DNA of 62,556 nucleotides, filler included, from Choristocarpus tenellus KU-1152 (lineage: Eukaryota; Protista; Phaeophyceae): NCBI GenBank assembly GCA_964200185.2. It is 12 parts of 12 records of this genome, joined end to end, with 100 filler letters (N's around TTAATTAATTAA, not from the genome) between each part and the next. Parts side by side here need not be neighbours in the genome. Positions count along the whole stretch, not along the records: positions 37,941 to 41,264 come from CAXNAD020020791.1; positions 41,365 to 45,053 come from CAXNAD020018502.1; positions 45,154 to 48,392 come from CAXNAD020021326.1; positions 48,493 to 54,501 come from CAXNAD020009179.1; 8 more parts are not named here. The stretch is one strand, 5' to 3'. Positions 38,240 to 50,089 of this stretch are shown here, piece by piece (the first letter of the stretch is position 1; every line of letters begins with the position of its first letter). The position numbers were made by a program, and so were the translations under genes. Under the pieces are notes generated by a model. It was not told the origin of the DNA. It saw only the letters and a program-made list of their open reading frames with translations, and ran no database searches.

Positions 38240-39909
38240 TCCCCACTCTTTCTTTAAGTGTGTTTGCGCACCTACTCTTTGATGTCCGCAAGGATGTCCC
38301 CGTCGACGGCCATAGCAAAACGCCTCTTATAGCGCCCTTGCTCTGACACCTCGATGTAGACCTTAGTTAGGAAGTCTCTCTCCCATTTACTCACAGATTC
38401 CGACCTGAACATTGCATATCCTGCTGCCATCTCAAGCGTCCTTTGACAGTCTTTGCCTTCGTTCATACACAGGTACAGAATTCGCAGTGTTAGAGCATTT
38501 ACTATCACATTTCCTCGTTGAGCGCCAGAAATGGGCGCCATCCGTGTTTCCTGGAAGGGCAATATTTGATGAAGGCGCAAGGGCGAGGAAAGACAGGCTT
38601 GAGTTGATCGAAACTTGTATTGATTTCTCAATGAATGCAGACGGGGAGTAAGCCTTAATCAACTTTATAAGTCCAACCCTAACTTCAGGAAGAAAAGTGA
38701 ATGTAGGGCATCTTGTGCAAGAAGTGGGAGACACCAAGAGTCAAATTGTCTTAGAGGGTAGAGCCGTGTCCATTTGGGGGCCAGAATCCAATGTTGTGAT
38801 TTTGATGTAATTTTGACTTTCGTGTTTGTTGGGAAGTATCAATATTCTTGTTCCGGACACACATTTTCATAACGTATACATTTACCTACTCCGAAACATT
38901 TTGGAGTAGGAAAATGCAATAAAAAAACGTGGGAAGCCAAGCTCCAAACGGAAAAACATGGAAAACCTCGTACCCTCTAAGATACTTTCACTCCAAACCA
39001 ACGGTGTGCAAATAGTCTCAATCTCACCTCCACTTCTTCCCTGGCGTCCACATCGATGGCTACCTCCACCTGCTTCGTGACCTCTTCGAAGTAAAGGATT
39101 TGGTGGTATCGAAAAGTCTTCACTGATGCCTCTGTTACGATCGCTTCTCCTCCACCTTGAGAGCCCTTTCGACCTCTTTCGGGCTTCAGAGCCCTTGTAG
39201 TCTAAGATATTCTACACCCGGGTTTTCGCTTAGGCGCTTCCTGAGTGCAATGGCACGCAGTCACACTGCTCTCTTCCACAACATTCCCTTTGTGCGGCAA
39301 CCCCGGTTCTCCCTTCGCCTGCTCTGACCCAGGCTTCCCAACTGACTTCGTCATTGTACCACCTGGTGATGAACTTGCCGTTCTCTTCCTGTTTTCCCAA
39401 GACGGCAGAGACTGCAGAGCAGTGCTCCGACGTGGTTGAAGATCCAACCACGTTTGCGTGTTAATGCTTTCCATGCATCTTCTCTCAGCATCAGTGTCAC
39501 AGCTGTGTGATCCATTGCACGATTTGATCATGCTGCTGCGCCGCACTACTCGCACTTTCTCATGACCTAACATCGCACTGAGTGTCACACGGTACTTGCT
39601 TTCTGTCGCTTCTTGACAGGGAAGGTGCCAAGGGTAGATCCAGGGGGCAGAGTGGGCTCAGCGGCTCTCCTTGTTGTCTCACCGTCGTAGTTCCATGTTC
39701 CTGTGTGCGTCATGCATGTGAATGCTCACAGATAGTCTGCAAATGCGCTAAAAAAATGTCTGCAAATCTTGAGACGTTCATAGATATAAACCTTCAAAAG
39801 CTCTTGTCATGAGCTTTTATTTGATATATTTATTGTTGTATAATTCTTGTGGCGATACGATGAAAAATGTGAAGATTTCCACAGGGGGTGAAGCTACTGG
39901 TACCACTTT
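38240..39909 (-). mobile_element. DNA transposon family D: 5' end plus decayed transposase N-terminus
   Basis: Collinear inverted homology with 55111-56650, including a shared end (GGTACCAGTAG/GGTACCACTAG). Encodes SVSKWERDFLTKVYIEVSEQGRYKRRFAMAVDGDILADIKE*VRKH, resembling the W..F....S..G..K....D.DI....W.R region of IS630/Tc1-related DDE transposases. Confidence 0.6.
38738..38993 (-). mobile_element. MITE family A, full-length, TSD CAA, nested in family D
   Basis: GGAGACAC-caa|GAGTCAAATTGTCTTAGAGGG...GATACTTTCACTC|caa-ACC. The paralog near 56360 (reverse strand GGAGACACCAAACC) is the empty site. Confidence 0.95.
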
Positions 39910-40099
39910 ATGAGCAAAATGAAATTCACTATCAAAAAGAAAAAAATGCAAAAAACGAGAAACGCCACCTCAACATAACGGACCAATTCAAACCATCTTC
40001 AGCACCTTTAGGGGGCGCCCCGTGAAAAAAAAAAGAGTAGTCTGCCGTAACCCATGTTAGCTTCCGTCTATTTCGAACCTTCCCTTGACATTCCTCCGT

Positions 40100-40506
40100 G
40101 GATTGAGCGATGGAGGTAGATCTTACCCGAATGGTGTCGACTTCTATCGCTCACCCTGTCCATGGCTAAAGCAAGTGGGGATTGAAGCACAGACTGGGGA
40201 ACGGATGTGACTGGTCGAGCGGGTTTTTGACACATAGACCTTTGGGATAAATGAGGTCCGTATTTCGCAGGAACCGAAGCAGGTTGTTTGTTTAAGGAAG
40301 CGCAGACAGCGGGCAAGGAGTTCTGGGTTAAAACAGGTTGAAGTATCGGTGCGAGGGTTGCCAGTACACTGTTGACAACCTCTTGGTGTGGCAGTGAAGG
40401 GTGGCTTGATATCTCATCGTGCATGGATGTCCTTGTTCTGGCAAGGTAGTCCTAGCTCCTTCCTAGCGATCGGGGCTTCGGGTGAGGCAGCGAAAGGGTG
40501 TGACAT
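40100..40506. repeat. Dispersed repeat family E, copy 1
   Basis: Collinear with ~47660-48052 (e.g. CGAATGGTG..GACTTCTATCG, GTTCTGGGTTAAAACA, GAGGCAGCGA..GTGACAT). Confidence 0.85.
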
Positions 40507-40764
40507 GAGCCAAAGTATCTTAGAGGGTAGAGCTGCGTCCATTTGGAAGCCAAAATCCAATGTTGCGATATTGATATAATTTTGGCTATCGTGTTTGTTA
40601 GGATGTGTCTATATCCTTGTTCCGGAAACACCTTTTCATAACATAGACATTTTACTTTTTCCGAAATATTTTGGAGTAGGAAAATGTCATAGAAAATCCA
40701 AGGGAAGCCAAGCCCCAAATGGACAAGCAGGGCAAAACTCGTACCCTCTAAGATACTTTCACTC
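40507..40764 (-). mobile_element. MITE family A, full-length, no TSD
   Basis: GAGCCAAAGTATCTTAGAGGGTAG...GTACCCTCTAAGATACTTTCACTC, flanks CAT and TGA. Confidence 0.92.
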
Positions 40765-42303
40765 TGACCTACACTAGAACACCTTGTTTTGTTTCAATCA
40801 TCACCCCTGACATCTTGTACGTGTTGTAGTGAAGATAATTCAAAGAAACCTAGGGTAAACAACAGAGCAAACGTGACAAAAACAGAGTATGTGCTGCTTA
40901 CAGGAGCATATTGTCGTTACCTACTTACTTGTTCTTGCCAACTCAGAAGTATAGCCCTTACTGGTAGTACCAGCAGGGATGAAACTCTTACATCACCCCA
41001 ACTTCAACCTGTGTGTGTTGTTCACCTTCGAAATAGATTGAGACCTGTCTTGCCACAGAAAAACGCCTCCTGGCTGAGACCCGCAAAAACCTGTATAACA
41101 GAGCTTTATTGCTAGCAGTAATGGCCAGATTTAGATCAAGCTGGGATGATCAGGCAGAACTTCTAACTGGGGCTATCACACTCCTACGGTGGGTGATTCA
41201 ACTCGAGGTACCCAGAATCGCACCTTATGACTCAACGTCTAGGGTCAAAGTATCTGGGAGGGGGNNNNNNNNNNNNNNNNNNNNNNNNNNNNNNNNNNNN
41301 NNNNNNNNTTAATTAATTAANNNNNNNNNNNNNNNNNNNNNNNNNNNNNNNNNNNNNNNNNNNNAGGGCCCAAATGGACACTCTGTTGTAGACCCCTCCC
41401 CCCCCCCACAGATACTTTGAGCCAGTTACCCCCCTGGGAACCAGCCTATAATTGGCCTAACCATTCATTTTTTCTTCATGTAGTGTCTAGGAATATTCCG
41501 ATTGCAACTGACGTGGCGCAAGCTACTCTGGTCGCTTGATCAGGTCTCAACCCAACCGTGTTTATCCCTAGTTGCCACCCTACCACCCTACCGTGAACTG
41601 TAATATTTGTTTTGAGCACGAATGCTAAGGAATAACAATGTTGGTGACAGGAACGACACAGTCTCCAATTGGCCACATATACAAATTGCGCCTCCAACTA
41701 TGGATTCCGCTGCGTATCCCACCATTTACCATCCTGCCGTGTGTACCAACCTGCAAGTTCTGTCGAGAGTGTCCAGGAATAGTAGCGCTCGTGACCAGAA
41801 CTGCACTACCTGCTACTTTCGGATCAAGCCTGACTACAAACTGAGGTGCCTATCTCTTCGTGTCAACCCTAGCATCGCACTCAGTCCTCAACTATCACCT
41901 TCACTCTGAATAACAGCACATACCCACCCCACATATGTCGCAATCTATCAATTTCGGCACCCATGCTCAGTTACTACCATGTACAACCCTACACTATTAT
42001 GCCTGACAACGTCATTTCCCCACCAATAACTAGGAATCTTTCTTAGTCGTACCCTTTCATCTATTCAACACGCATCTCCACCTTTCTTTGTTGGCAAACA
42101 ATTCCCTTCTCCCCCATAGAAGAGATTGCTCAGGGTTCAATTTGAGTCTGCCCTCCTAGCCCTATTTCCTTGATTTTTTTAACTTCATCCCTTTTCTTCT
42201 ATGATACCGTTTTCAATCTCTGCTTCTTTAATGACGTTCCTTTGTTTAGACTTCCTAAGTATTTAATTTTTAGACTCTTGAACACTTCTAATCCTCATGT
42301 TTA

Positions 42304-42655
42304 TTTTTGTTTTAAACCCTCAAAACCACCCTCAATGCCTTCATTTCCTTTGTCATAACGTCAGTTAGTGTTGTTCTCTTCTCGAACGTTTCTCACGCTC
42401 CAAAATCTAGATTAATTATGAAGTGGATTACGTAAGATATATGAACAATATATTTTAGTGGAAAATACGTGTGAACTCATTTTTGTTTTAAACCCTCAAA
42501 ACTACCCTCAATGCGTTCATTTCCTTTGTCATAACGTCAGTTAGTGTTGTTCTCTTCTGAAACGTTTCTCACCGTCCAAAATCTAGATTAATTATGAAGT
42601 GGATTACGTAAGATATATGAACAATATATTTTAGTGCAAAATACGTGTGAACTCA
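42304..42655. repeat. 176-bp near-perfect tandem duplication
   Basis: TTTTTGTTTTAAACCCTCAAAAC...AAAATACGTGTGAACTCA twice. Confidence 0.95.
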
Positions 42656-42931
42656 ACAAGAGCATGTAAACACATAGCAAGTACACTGTAGATCACTACA
42701 AGATGTGTATTTGAACATCTTTTTATCTAACCTACCCCCCAAATTGATTTTGAAATTCCAACTTGAGGTGGAGTCTTTGGCGACACACTTGAGTCCTGAA
42801 GGAGAGCGTGGGACCCTGCATATCATGACGTTGTGGTGAGGGGTGTCAGTGTTGGACTTGAATGGGATTTGTATTGTGTCGAGGAAGGGATTTCAACTTT
42901 CACGCCTGTATTCTCTCTGAACTCGTGACAG

Positions 42932-43421
42932 GGGGCCAGGGGAGGTGATAGGCAAGTACAAGAGACGAGCTATCGTCATTTGGGTAGCTCTTCTTCTTGG
43001 TTGGATTTGTTCTGCAGTGTGGACCATTGTTCAGGCGACAAAGAAGCTTAACAATCCTCCCACTACGGTGCAGTTGGTGGTAAGTTGACCATTGAAACCA
43101 TACCGTGTGCGAGAAGATTGGATTGGTTACGCCTTTCATTGACAATTACTGGTGTAGCGACTAGCAACTTTGTCTCTTGGTGTTTTGCTTGTGTGTGACA
43201 TTAACAATCGCTTTTGGCGCTTTATCGACTACGGCCTCAACTATGTTGCGCAGGACGAGGCCTTCAGGCTTCCAGACATCGAGTTCTGTTTCTATCATTC
43301 CATGGGGTGTCTAACGAACGGAAGCTACTGTGCAGAACATGCAGAGATTTACGTGGATGACATAAGCACTTCTTTCGAAGAATACGATGACTACAACCTG
43401 TGGCCCAACATCACAGCTTAT
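42932..43421 (+). CDS. Two exons of a membrane protein (TM helix followed by Cys-containing luminal region; weakly DEG/ENaC-like)
   Basis: Exon 42932-43079 KRRAIVIWVALLLGWICSAVWTIVQATKKLNNPPTTVQLV, then GTAAGT..GCGCAG intron, then exon 43254-43421 DEAFRLPDIEFCFYHSMGC..NITAY, then GTGAGA. Both junctions are phase 0. Confidence 0.55.
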
Positions 43422-43820
43422 GTGAGATCGGTAGTTGACCGAAGTCACGTCGTGTGATACACAACTTGGGATATGTGACGTGAAACGAGGCATGTTTATA
43501 GTTTGGTTGTCCTGCATGTATCTCCTTATGGCTGCTTTTCCCCTTTGGCGTGTGCGCTCACTCACCACCGTTAAGGAGTGAAGGGGAAAATGCACGGTCT
43601 CGCAGAGTTTGGGGGATGCAGAGGACAAGGCGCTGTGTGTGGGGCACATAATTAACCGCTGCTGTCCAGTCAATGTAGATTTAGACTTGTTTTTGATATC
43701 TCATGCAAGTGACCCCAAAAGTGATGGCGTGGCTTTTGAGTAACGATGATAGCATACTGTTTTGTTGTGACCAGCATTTATGTATTGAAATTCCAGGGGG
43801 TGTCTGTGGCATTTGAGAAT

Positions 43821-44077
43821 GAGTCAAAGCATCTTAGAGGGTAGGGCCGCGTCCATTTGGGGACCAAAATCCAGTGTTGCGATTTGGATGTAATTTTGGC
43901 TATCGTTTTTGTTTGAAAGTGGCAGTATCCTTATTCCGAGCACACCTTTTCATAACATAAACATTTTACCTACTCCGAAACGTTTTGGAGTAGGAGAATG
44001 TAAAAAAAACATGGGAAGCCAAGCACCAAATGTGGATAAACAGGACAAAGCTCTTACCCTCTAAGATACTCTCACTC
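43821..44077 (-). mobile_element. MITE family A, full-length, TSD AAT/GAT (1 mismatch)
   Basis: GAGTCAAAGCATCTTAGAGGGTAG...TACCCTCTAAGATACTCTCACTC. Confidence 0.92.
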
Positions 44078-45699
44078 GATTTTTTTTTTCACATTTTCGA
44101 TCTTTGTAAGAGTCTACAGACACGTGATTGAGAGGTAGTTGGAAGAAGGCAATACACACCGTTTGTGGTAGGATTCGAACAGCCCCATGCGTAGACTTAA
44201 CCTGATCATCTTCCCCCTGTAAATTATTTACAGCTAGACTCGCATGGTCATTATGAATTCTGCCTTAATTTTACATCCCCTAATGCGACCAAGTTTCCAT
44301 GTATGAATCCCTTAGGAAAAACACTCAGTACACAAATTGCAGTGAGAAGACAAAGTTTTTGCTTGTGTTTACCGTTCACTCAACCCCCTTTGATGCCCTT
44401 TGATGCCTGTCCGTGTACCACAGGAAGACGAAACTTTTTCGGAATGCAGAACTGTGCTGTTATCAAGTCTTACCCCCAGGAACTTGAACTTTCGGGAGTC
44501 TCCTTCCCCGTATTTTGTTGATATCCAGGTACGGTCAAACAACGGTAAGACAATGGCGAGTACAATGTGCAATTGGCAGTCAACACTGCCGCCTACATTC
44601 TATTTTTTTTTTGTGATATTTTTAGGATCATGTGGTAGCATCGTATCATTAGATGGATGTGCACCATTGCTCTAGAGAGAGAGAGTATTTATGAGTTGAG
44701 AATCTATTTCCTACATTGCAAGCCGATAATCGTATCCTGTACCTCCAAGTTCTAAGATCTCAAATTCGACCAACCTGAAGATCAATGGCGTTCACCCTAT
44801 CTTTTGATGCCCTCATACATACACATACATTCAAAACAATCTAAGCTTTGATGCAGCAGTCGGTTGTTTTGCTGAGAAAGTATCGAGTGCTGACTTGGTG
44901 TGGTGTTTTTCTGGCTTGTTCAGGTTTTTTGGCCTATGGAAGAGGAAAATGCGACAGGCTGGGGATATTTCTCTGACACGTGAGTGATCAATTGAATCTG
45001 AATGCCTGTGTAGAAGACAAAGGTCTGGGATGGTTCTCCAAGGATTGGCATAANNNNNNNNNNNNNNNNNNNNNNNNNNNNNNNNNNNNNNNNNNNNTTA
45101 ATTAATTAANNNNNNNNNNNNNNNNNNNNNNNNNNNNNNNNNNNNNNNNNNNNAGAACACCTTAGTACAGAACAGTCGCTCTGCGTTCCACACAAATAGT
45201 ATAGTGCAGTGTACGTCATTTGAGTTGCATCACATATTGTTTCAATTTTGTTCTGTTGTTCTGTTGTTTGTTTTTCTTTCGCTCAAGATTTCTCCTTATC
45301 AGCAGGAGATGACAGTTGTACATTGATTATTATTTATTTCGTGACTGTCATTGATCTGTCAAATTGCATCAACGCCACTTTGCAAACTGTGTATCACACA
45401 CACACATGGATGTAATATAATCGAGTTAAAACCATCCGCGGAAACCCTTGTGAGCCAAGGTAACAAGCCTCTCCACATCTCCACAGAGCAGGGACTTCTT
45501 TCGTTGAGTATCACATGAAAGAACACTGAATTCACATCGCATCACTCTTGACTGAGAGATCAATGTACTCAGTTACAACAGAATAAATAAATCGGTGCTT
45601 TGCAGCACAATCACACCTACACAAAATAACATAGACTACGCATATCACTCATCGCTGCTTTGCAACACCATGATTCCTCATCGCTAGTAGTCTACGCAT

Positions 45700-46030
45700 T
45701 TTGCCTACATGTACGATGGATTCGATCCAGGTTCAACACCGACCTCGATCGGGCTACAAGACTTGGGGGGGATGAAGACCAAGGAGGAAGATGCACAAGA
45801 TGTACAGGTTTAGGTCGCGTGGTGAGTGAATGTCCCCAGACTGTTCGAGCCAGGGAGAGGACAGGAAGACCTTCTGGAAGGGGGGCTAAGGAGGGATCAC
45901 ATATGGTATCGACCACAACTCCTCCCCCAACCGAATCTCGAGAGGCGGAAGATATCAGTTCGAGACTAGACAGGTTGGAAGGCTTCATCAGGAGCTCTTA
46001 TTTCGGGGACAGAAAACATTACCCCTTATA
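45700..46030 (+). mobile_element. Gag-like zinc-knuckle remnant (probable LTR retroelement relic)
   Basis: RCTRCTGLGRVVSECP has CX2CX4HX4C spacing with H replaced by R. Confidence 0.4.
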
Positions 46031-46279
46031 ACTGTCTTCCCTTACGTTTGTTTTTCCAACTGTTTTTAAATGAGTTTGTCCCCCATCTGTTGTGTATTTT
46101 GGTACATTCCCACAGTAGTCAAGTATCAGCTGTGATATAGTTATGCAGACTGACTTTAGATAGAAGAGCCATTAAAATCAGGGAGAGGTTTTCCTCGTTT
46201 TTGTGCATGGTATTTCAGTGATGAGTAAATTGTTTAGTACTACTCTTATCCGAGGATTCACTTTAGGCGTGACACTAGG

Positions 46280-46850
46280 GACATTTCGTGGATCGTGAGA
46301 GACGCAACATAGTATTGCTAAGGACCCCGCTATTTCCAGGATCATGGGAGATGAAACATGGTATTGCTAAAGACTCGCGATTCCATGGATCATGGGAGAC
46401 GCATTTTGTTATGGCTAAGGACCCACAGTAGAAAATACCCCAGGATGTATTTATAGAGATTGCGATAGGATAGGTAGGGCGTAACAGCTCCACCATATTA
46501 CTTTATTCCGGAGATTTGTAGTGGTGATGAACTAAGGGAGATTATTGTTGATTGTAGGAGGCGCTATATGCATTGCTAAGGACCCTGCCATTTCATGGAT
46601 TGTGGGAGACGCAACATGGCATTGCTAAGGACCTGCAGGAGAAGTATCCGATAATGTTTCCACTGGAAGCTACAATAGGAAGGTAGATATGAGGTGGGAT
46701 CTGTGTTCCAGTGACCTGCAGTAGTGATGTACTAGGGAGGTTTTGTTGATTGTAGGAGACGCTATATGCATTGTGAAGGACCCTGCCATTTCATGGATTG
46801 TGGGAGGCGCAACATGGCATTGCTAAGGACCCGCAGGAGAAAGTACTTGA
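46280..46850. repeat. Degenerate ~49-bp repeats organised into ~200-bp higher-order units
   Basis: Variants of ATTGCTAAGGACC occur 7 times. Blocks 46513-46645 and 46713-46843 are near-duplicates. Confidence 0.8.
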
Positions 46851-47659
46851 TCATTTTTCCACGTGAGACTGCAGTAGGACAAAGGTTTAGATTGATGACT
46901 GATTTTTTTGTACCTACACAGACCCACCGTCAACATTGATGTTAGGGTATATTTGTGACATTGTTTTTGAGAGAGTTAGTAGCAGAAGTTTGTTTCTTTC
47001 TCCAAGTTTCAGAGATGTAGATTATCAGGGTGTATAATGTCTGCGCAGCAAGGGAGAGTGTTCGTAGATAGTGCTGCTGATACACATAGACACCACCGGT
47101 GGATTAGATAATATGATGGAGAGCCAGTGACAGATATATTATATGTATTGACTCATAGTGTCCAGATACCTTTGTGTTAAGTTCAAGATACACTTTCTAT
47201 ACTTAAGATAAGTAAATATGTGATTCATAGTAAAATAGTGTGGACGATTACAAACCCCACACTATAGAAATAATAATGGTGGTCTAGGCTAGTCTTACCC
47301 ACGTACTCTGTCAGCGGAATTGAGACCACTAGCCCCTTGTAATATTAACTTTGCATATGTGCATCAAGCTATTCATTGTCTTTCATCAAAGCACCAAAGC
47401 CGCGGATCCAGCGTGGAATATTTCAGCATGTGTCTGTTAAGGCTACCATCATACACGATACACGACTCTGTAGTGGGATTGAGCACCCAGAAATCCTTGA
47501 TGGGTTCTCGAAAGTTATGAGAGGATTCCCGTGGGAACTACCGAGTCGCCTTACGTATACCTGCACTCGTCAGTTACGAACGTGAAGCAGTCTCGACCAT
47601 AGGCATGATGAAAGCAAACCCGGTGTGCCTTTAGCCATGTATTGACTTCATCCTGGGAG

Positions 47660-48052
47660 GCAGATGATGGAGGTAAGCCCTTTGCCCGAATGGTGCTGAC
47701 TTCTATCGTTCGCTCTGCCTGTGGCTAGAGCAAGTAGGGATGAAAGCACAGGCTGGGGAACTAATGACTGGTCGAACGGGTTTTGATGCATTGCTTTTTG
47801 GAATGAACGGGGTACTGTGTTTCCTGGGACAGGAAGAAGGTTGGGTATTTAAGGCAGCACAGACATCGGGCGAGTAGTTCTGGGTTAAAACAAGTTGAAA
47901 CATTGGCGCAAGGGCTGCCAGTACAACCTCTTGGTATGACAGTGAAGTTTGGCTTGATATCTCTTCGTGTATAGACGTCCTGTTGTGGCGATATAGTCCC
48001 AGCTTCTGCCTGACGATCGGGGTTCGGCTGAGGCAGCGACAGGGCGTGACAT
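47660..48052. repeat. Dispersed repeat family E, copy 2
   Basis: Collinear with 40100-40506. Confidence 0.85.
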
Positions 48053-48953
48053 GCTGCTAGCAAACATGACGAGCACATCTACCATGCTACACAAAGTAGT
48101 GCGAGTCTTCTTATACAAAGCAGCTTTGCAGCATTTTGATTGGCTGGGACAAATGCTTATTGGTTGCTTCGATTGGATAATTCCTGTACAGTACCTACCC
48201 CGATTTTATGCCAAATACTATGTACCAAACCCCCATTTTGTACCGATTTTTTCGACATGCTAAAAGAAAAAGGCTTTTGTACCGGAATTCTCGGGCGACT
48301 TGGCACAAACTCGGGGAGATATTCACGCGAGTTTGGCGCGCGCTAAAACAATTCTCGCGAAAAGTGCCTTTCTTCCTGAGTCATGACCACACNNNNNNNN
48401 NNNNNNNNNNNNNNNNNNNNNNNNNNNNNNNNNNNNTTAATTAATTAANNNNNNNNNNNNNNNNNNNNNNNNNNNNNNNNNNNNNNNNNNNNCCCCCAGA
48501 TACTTTGAGCCTCACCTTCAGTAAATATCTAGCATCTACTTCAATGTTATATTCACCTCGGGTCTCATCACTACCTCGTGAATACAGCAATAGCCTCTGG
48601 AGTAGTATTGATAGTTTCAGAAATCTTGTTTATGAGGACAGGAATCATACATGTATTCTCCTTGAATTCCCCCAAAATATCTTCCTGTCATTTTGACAAT
48701 ATATTTCTTGAGTTTAATTACTCCGAATGATGAAATCTTTGTCACAGATGTACTCTAGACCAACATATGCTGAACATACCCTCAGCGTTTAAGGAGCACC
48801 CACCCACATGACCACAGGTCGGAGAAGATTGGGCAAATGCACGAAAATATAATACAACCCCACTCAAGGGGAACACTGGCGAAAAACACGTCCGAGCGAC
48901 GAAACGATGCTGAAAGGCAAACCTCAAAACCTCCAGCCTTCCCCTCTTTGCTC

Positions 48954-49457
48954 TCACCACCGGTCCTTCGGTGTACTGATATCCTTGGTGAATCCTTGTT
49001 TCTGGAAGTAGGGAAGCGCTGAATTATCGGCATAGGTGTGAAGGTGTGTGAATCCTTGGACCTTGGCGTGCTCCTTCATCTCGTTCATCAACCGAGTGCC
49101 GTAACCCTTCTTCATTTCTGTGCGTTCTACCACACAGAATACAACTTCAATCAACCTCTGAGGGTAGAAAGGTCTAAACGTTAGGGCCGCGATGACAAAG
49201 CCATCCCTGGACAGTACGACTGATCGGTGGCTGCGATCGAAAACAACTCGCACCACGTACTCCTTGAGCATGGACGAGAGCCCCGCATAGATCAACTCCT
49301 TGACGGCAATGAGCTGTATTGAGTGCTCCAAATCGCCATCATTGGCAATGATGTCTACTTGAAGGGGTCCATCGTCCTTGGGATTCGATACATTCTCTCT
49401 TCTAGTAACAATAGGACGAATATTCGGTCTGCCCGTTCTGCCCATGATGCTTGGCAA
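48954..49457 (-). CDS. GCN5: GCN5/PCAF-type histone acetyltransferase (GNAT) domain, divergent paralog; C-terminal end missing or spliced
   Basis: NDG..QL..VKE..L..M.KEYVVRVVFDRSH..TFRPF..EVVFC..GYGTRLMN..TYADN.A..YFQKQGFTKDI matches the Gcn5 HAT core, with the catalytic Glu (IEVVFC) retained. The ORF stop overlaps a possible GTGAGA donor after DRW. Confidence 0.88.
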   Translation of the reverse strand: MPSIMGRTGRPNIRPIVTRRENVSNPKDDGPLQVDIIANDGDLEHSIQLIAVKELIYAGLSSMLKEYVVRVVFDRSHRSVVLSRDGFVIAALTFRPFYPQRLIEVVFCVVERTEMKKGYGTRLMNEMKEHAKVQGFTHLHTYADNSALPYFQKQGFTKDISTPKDRW

Positions 49458-50089
49458 ACGGAACCAGAAAACACTCTGTATGGTGGATCTTTGTTATGTG
49501 ACTCACTGATCTTCCTGTATACCTCTGCTGACCAAGCCTATTATCTCTCTGGGTGTTCATCTAAGTTCATGAGCGAATTGTCTTTTTATTGTATGTGAAA
49601 GTTGGGAAGGTTTGGAAGTGGGGAAGGAGAAGACACCTTCCTTGATCAGGTAGTATGGAAGTTTCTGCGCGCGCTCTCCTTGCGCGCGATCACCTTAATG
49701 AATTTTTCTGAGGTAATTGTTTTGAGTATTGTCTGTTTCAAGTATAAATAGTACGACCAGCATGAATTGATTCAAGGGGAGGACGAAGAGAAACCTCACT
49801 GAATTATAGTCCCCTGCGGATGTTATACGACCACGCTGAAAGCGTAGCTGGCGTTGCTCTCTTGCGGAACAATAGTGCATGATTATCCCCCGGATTCCGC
49901 AACGGGGAGGAGGTAAGACTTCGTGGCAAGGTATGGACTGACTGCCCGTTGGGACGAGAAACAAGGCGTGAACGGAGGTAGTTCCAAGGAAGCAAGGGAA
50001 AGAATAGAAAACAATAAGAGAGCACAAGGGACCGTCTTGCACCTCTTACATGATCAGACTTGAGAAAACAGCATCAGAAATTCCAGAAC

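Noticed and set aside
41242-41423. Family B termini on both sides of a linker, looking like one element
   Set aside because: No TSD (CTA vs AGT), and contigs often break in these MITEs, so this is probably coincidence.
44160-44200. GGTAGGATTCGAAC B-box-like sequence
   Set aside because: No cloverleaf can be folded; at most a highly decayed tRNA or SINE remnant.
48575-48684. EDILGEFKENTCM as a possible continuation of the GCN5 domain
   Set aside because: Splice phase is incompatible with the available donor and the similarity is too weak.
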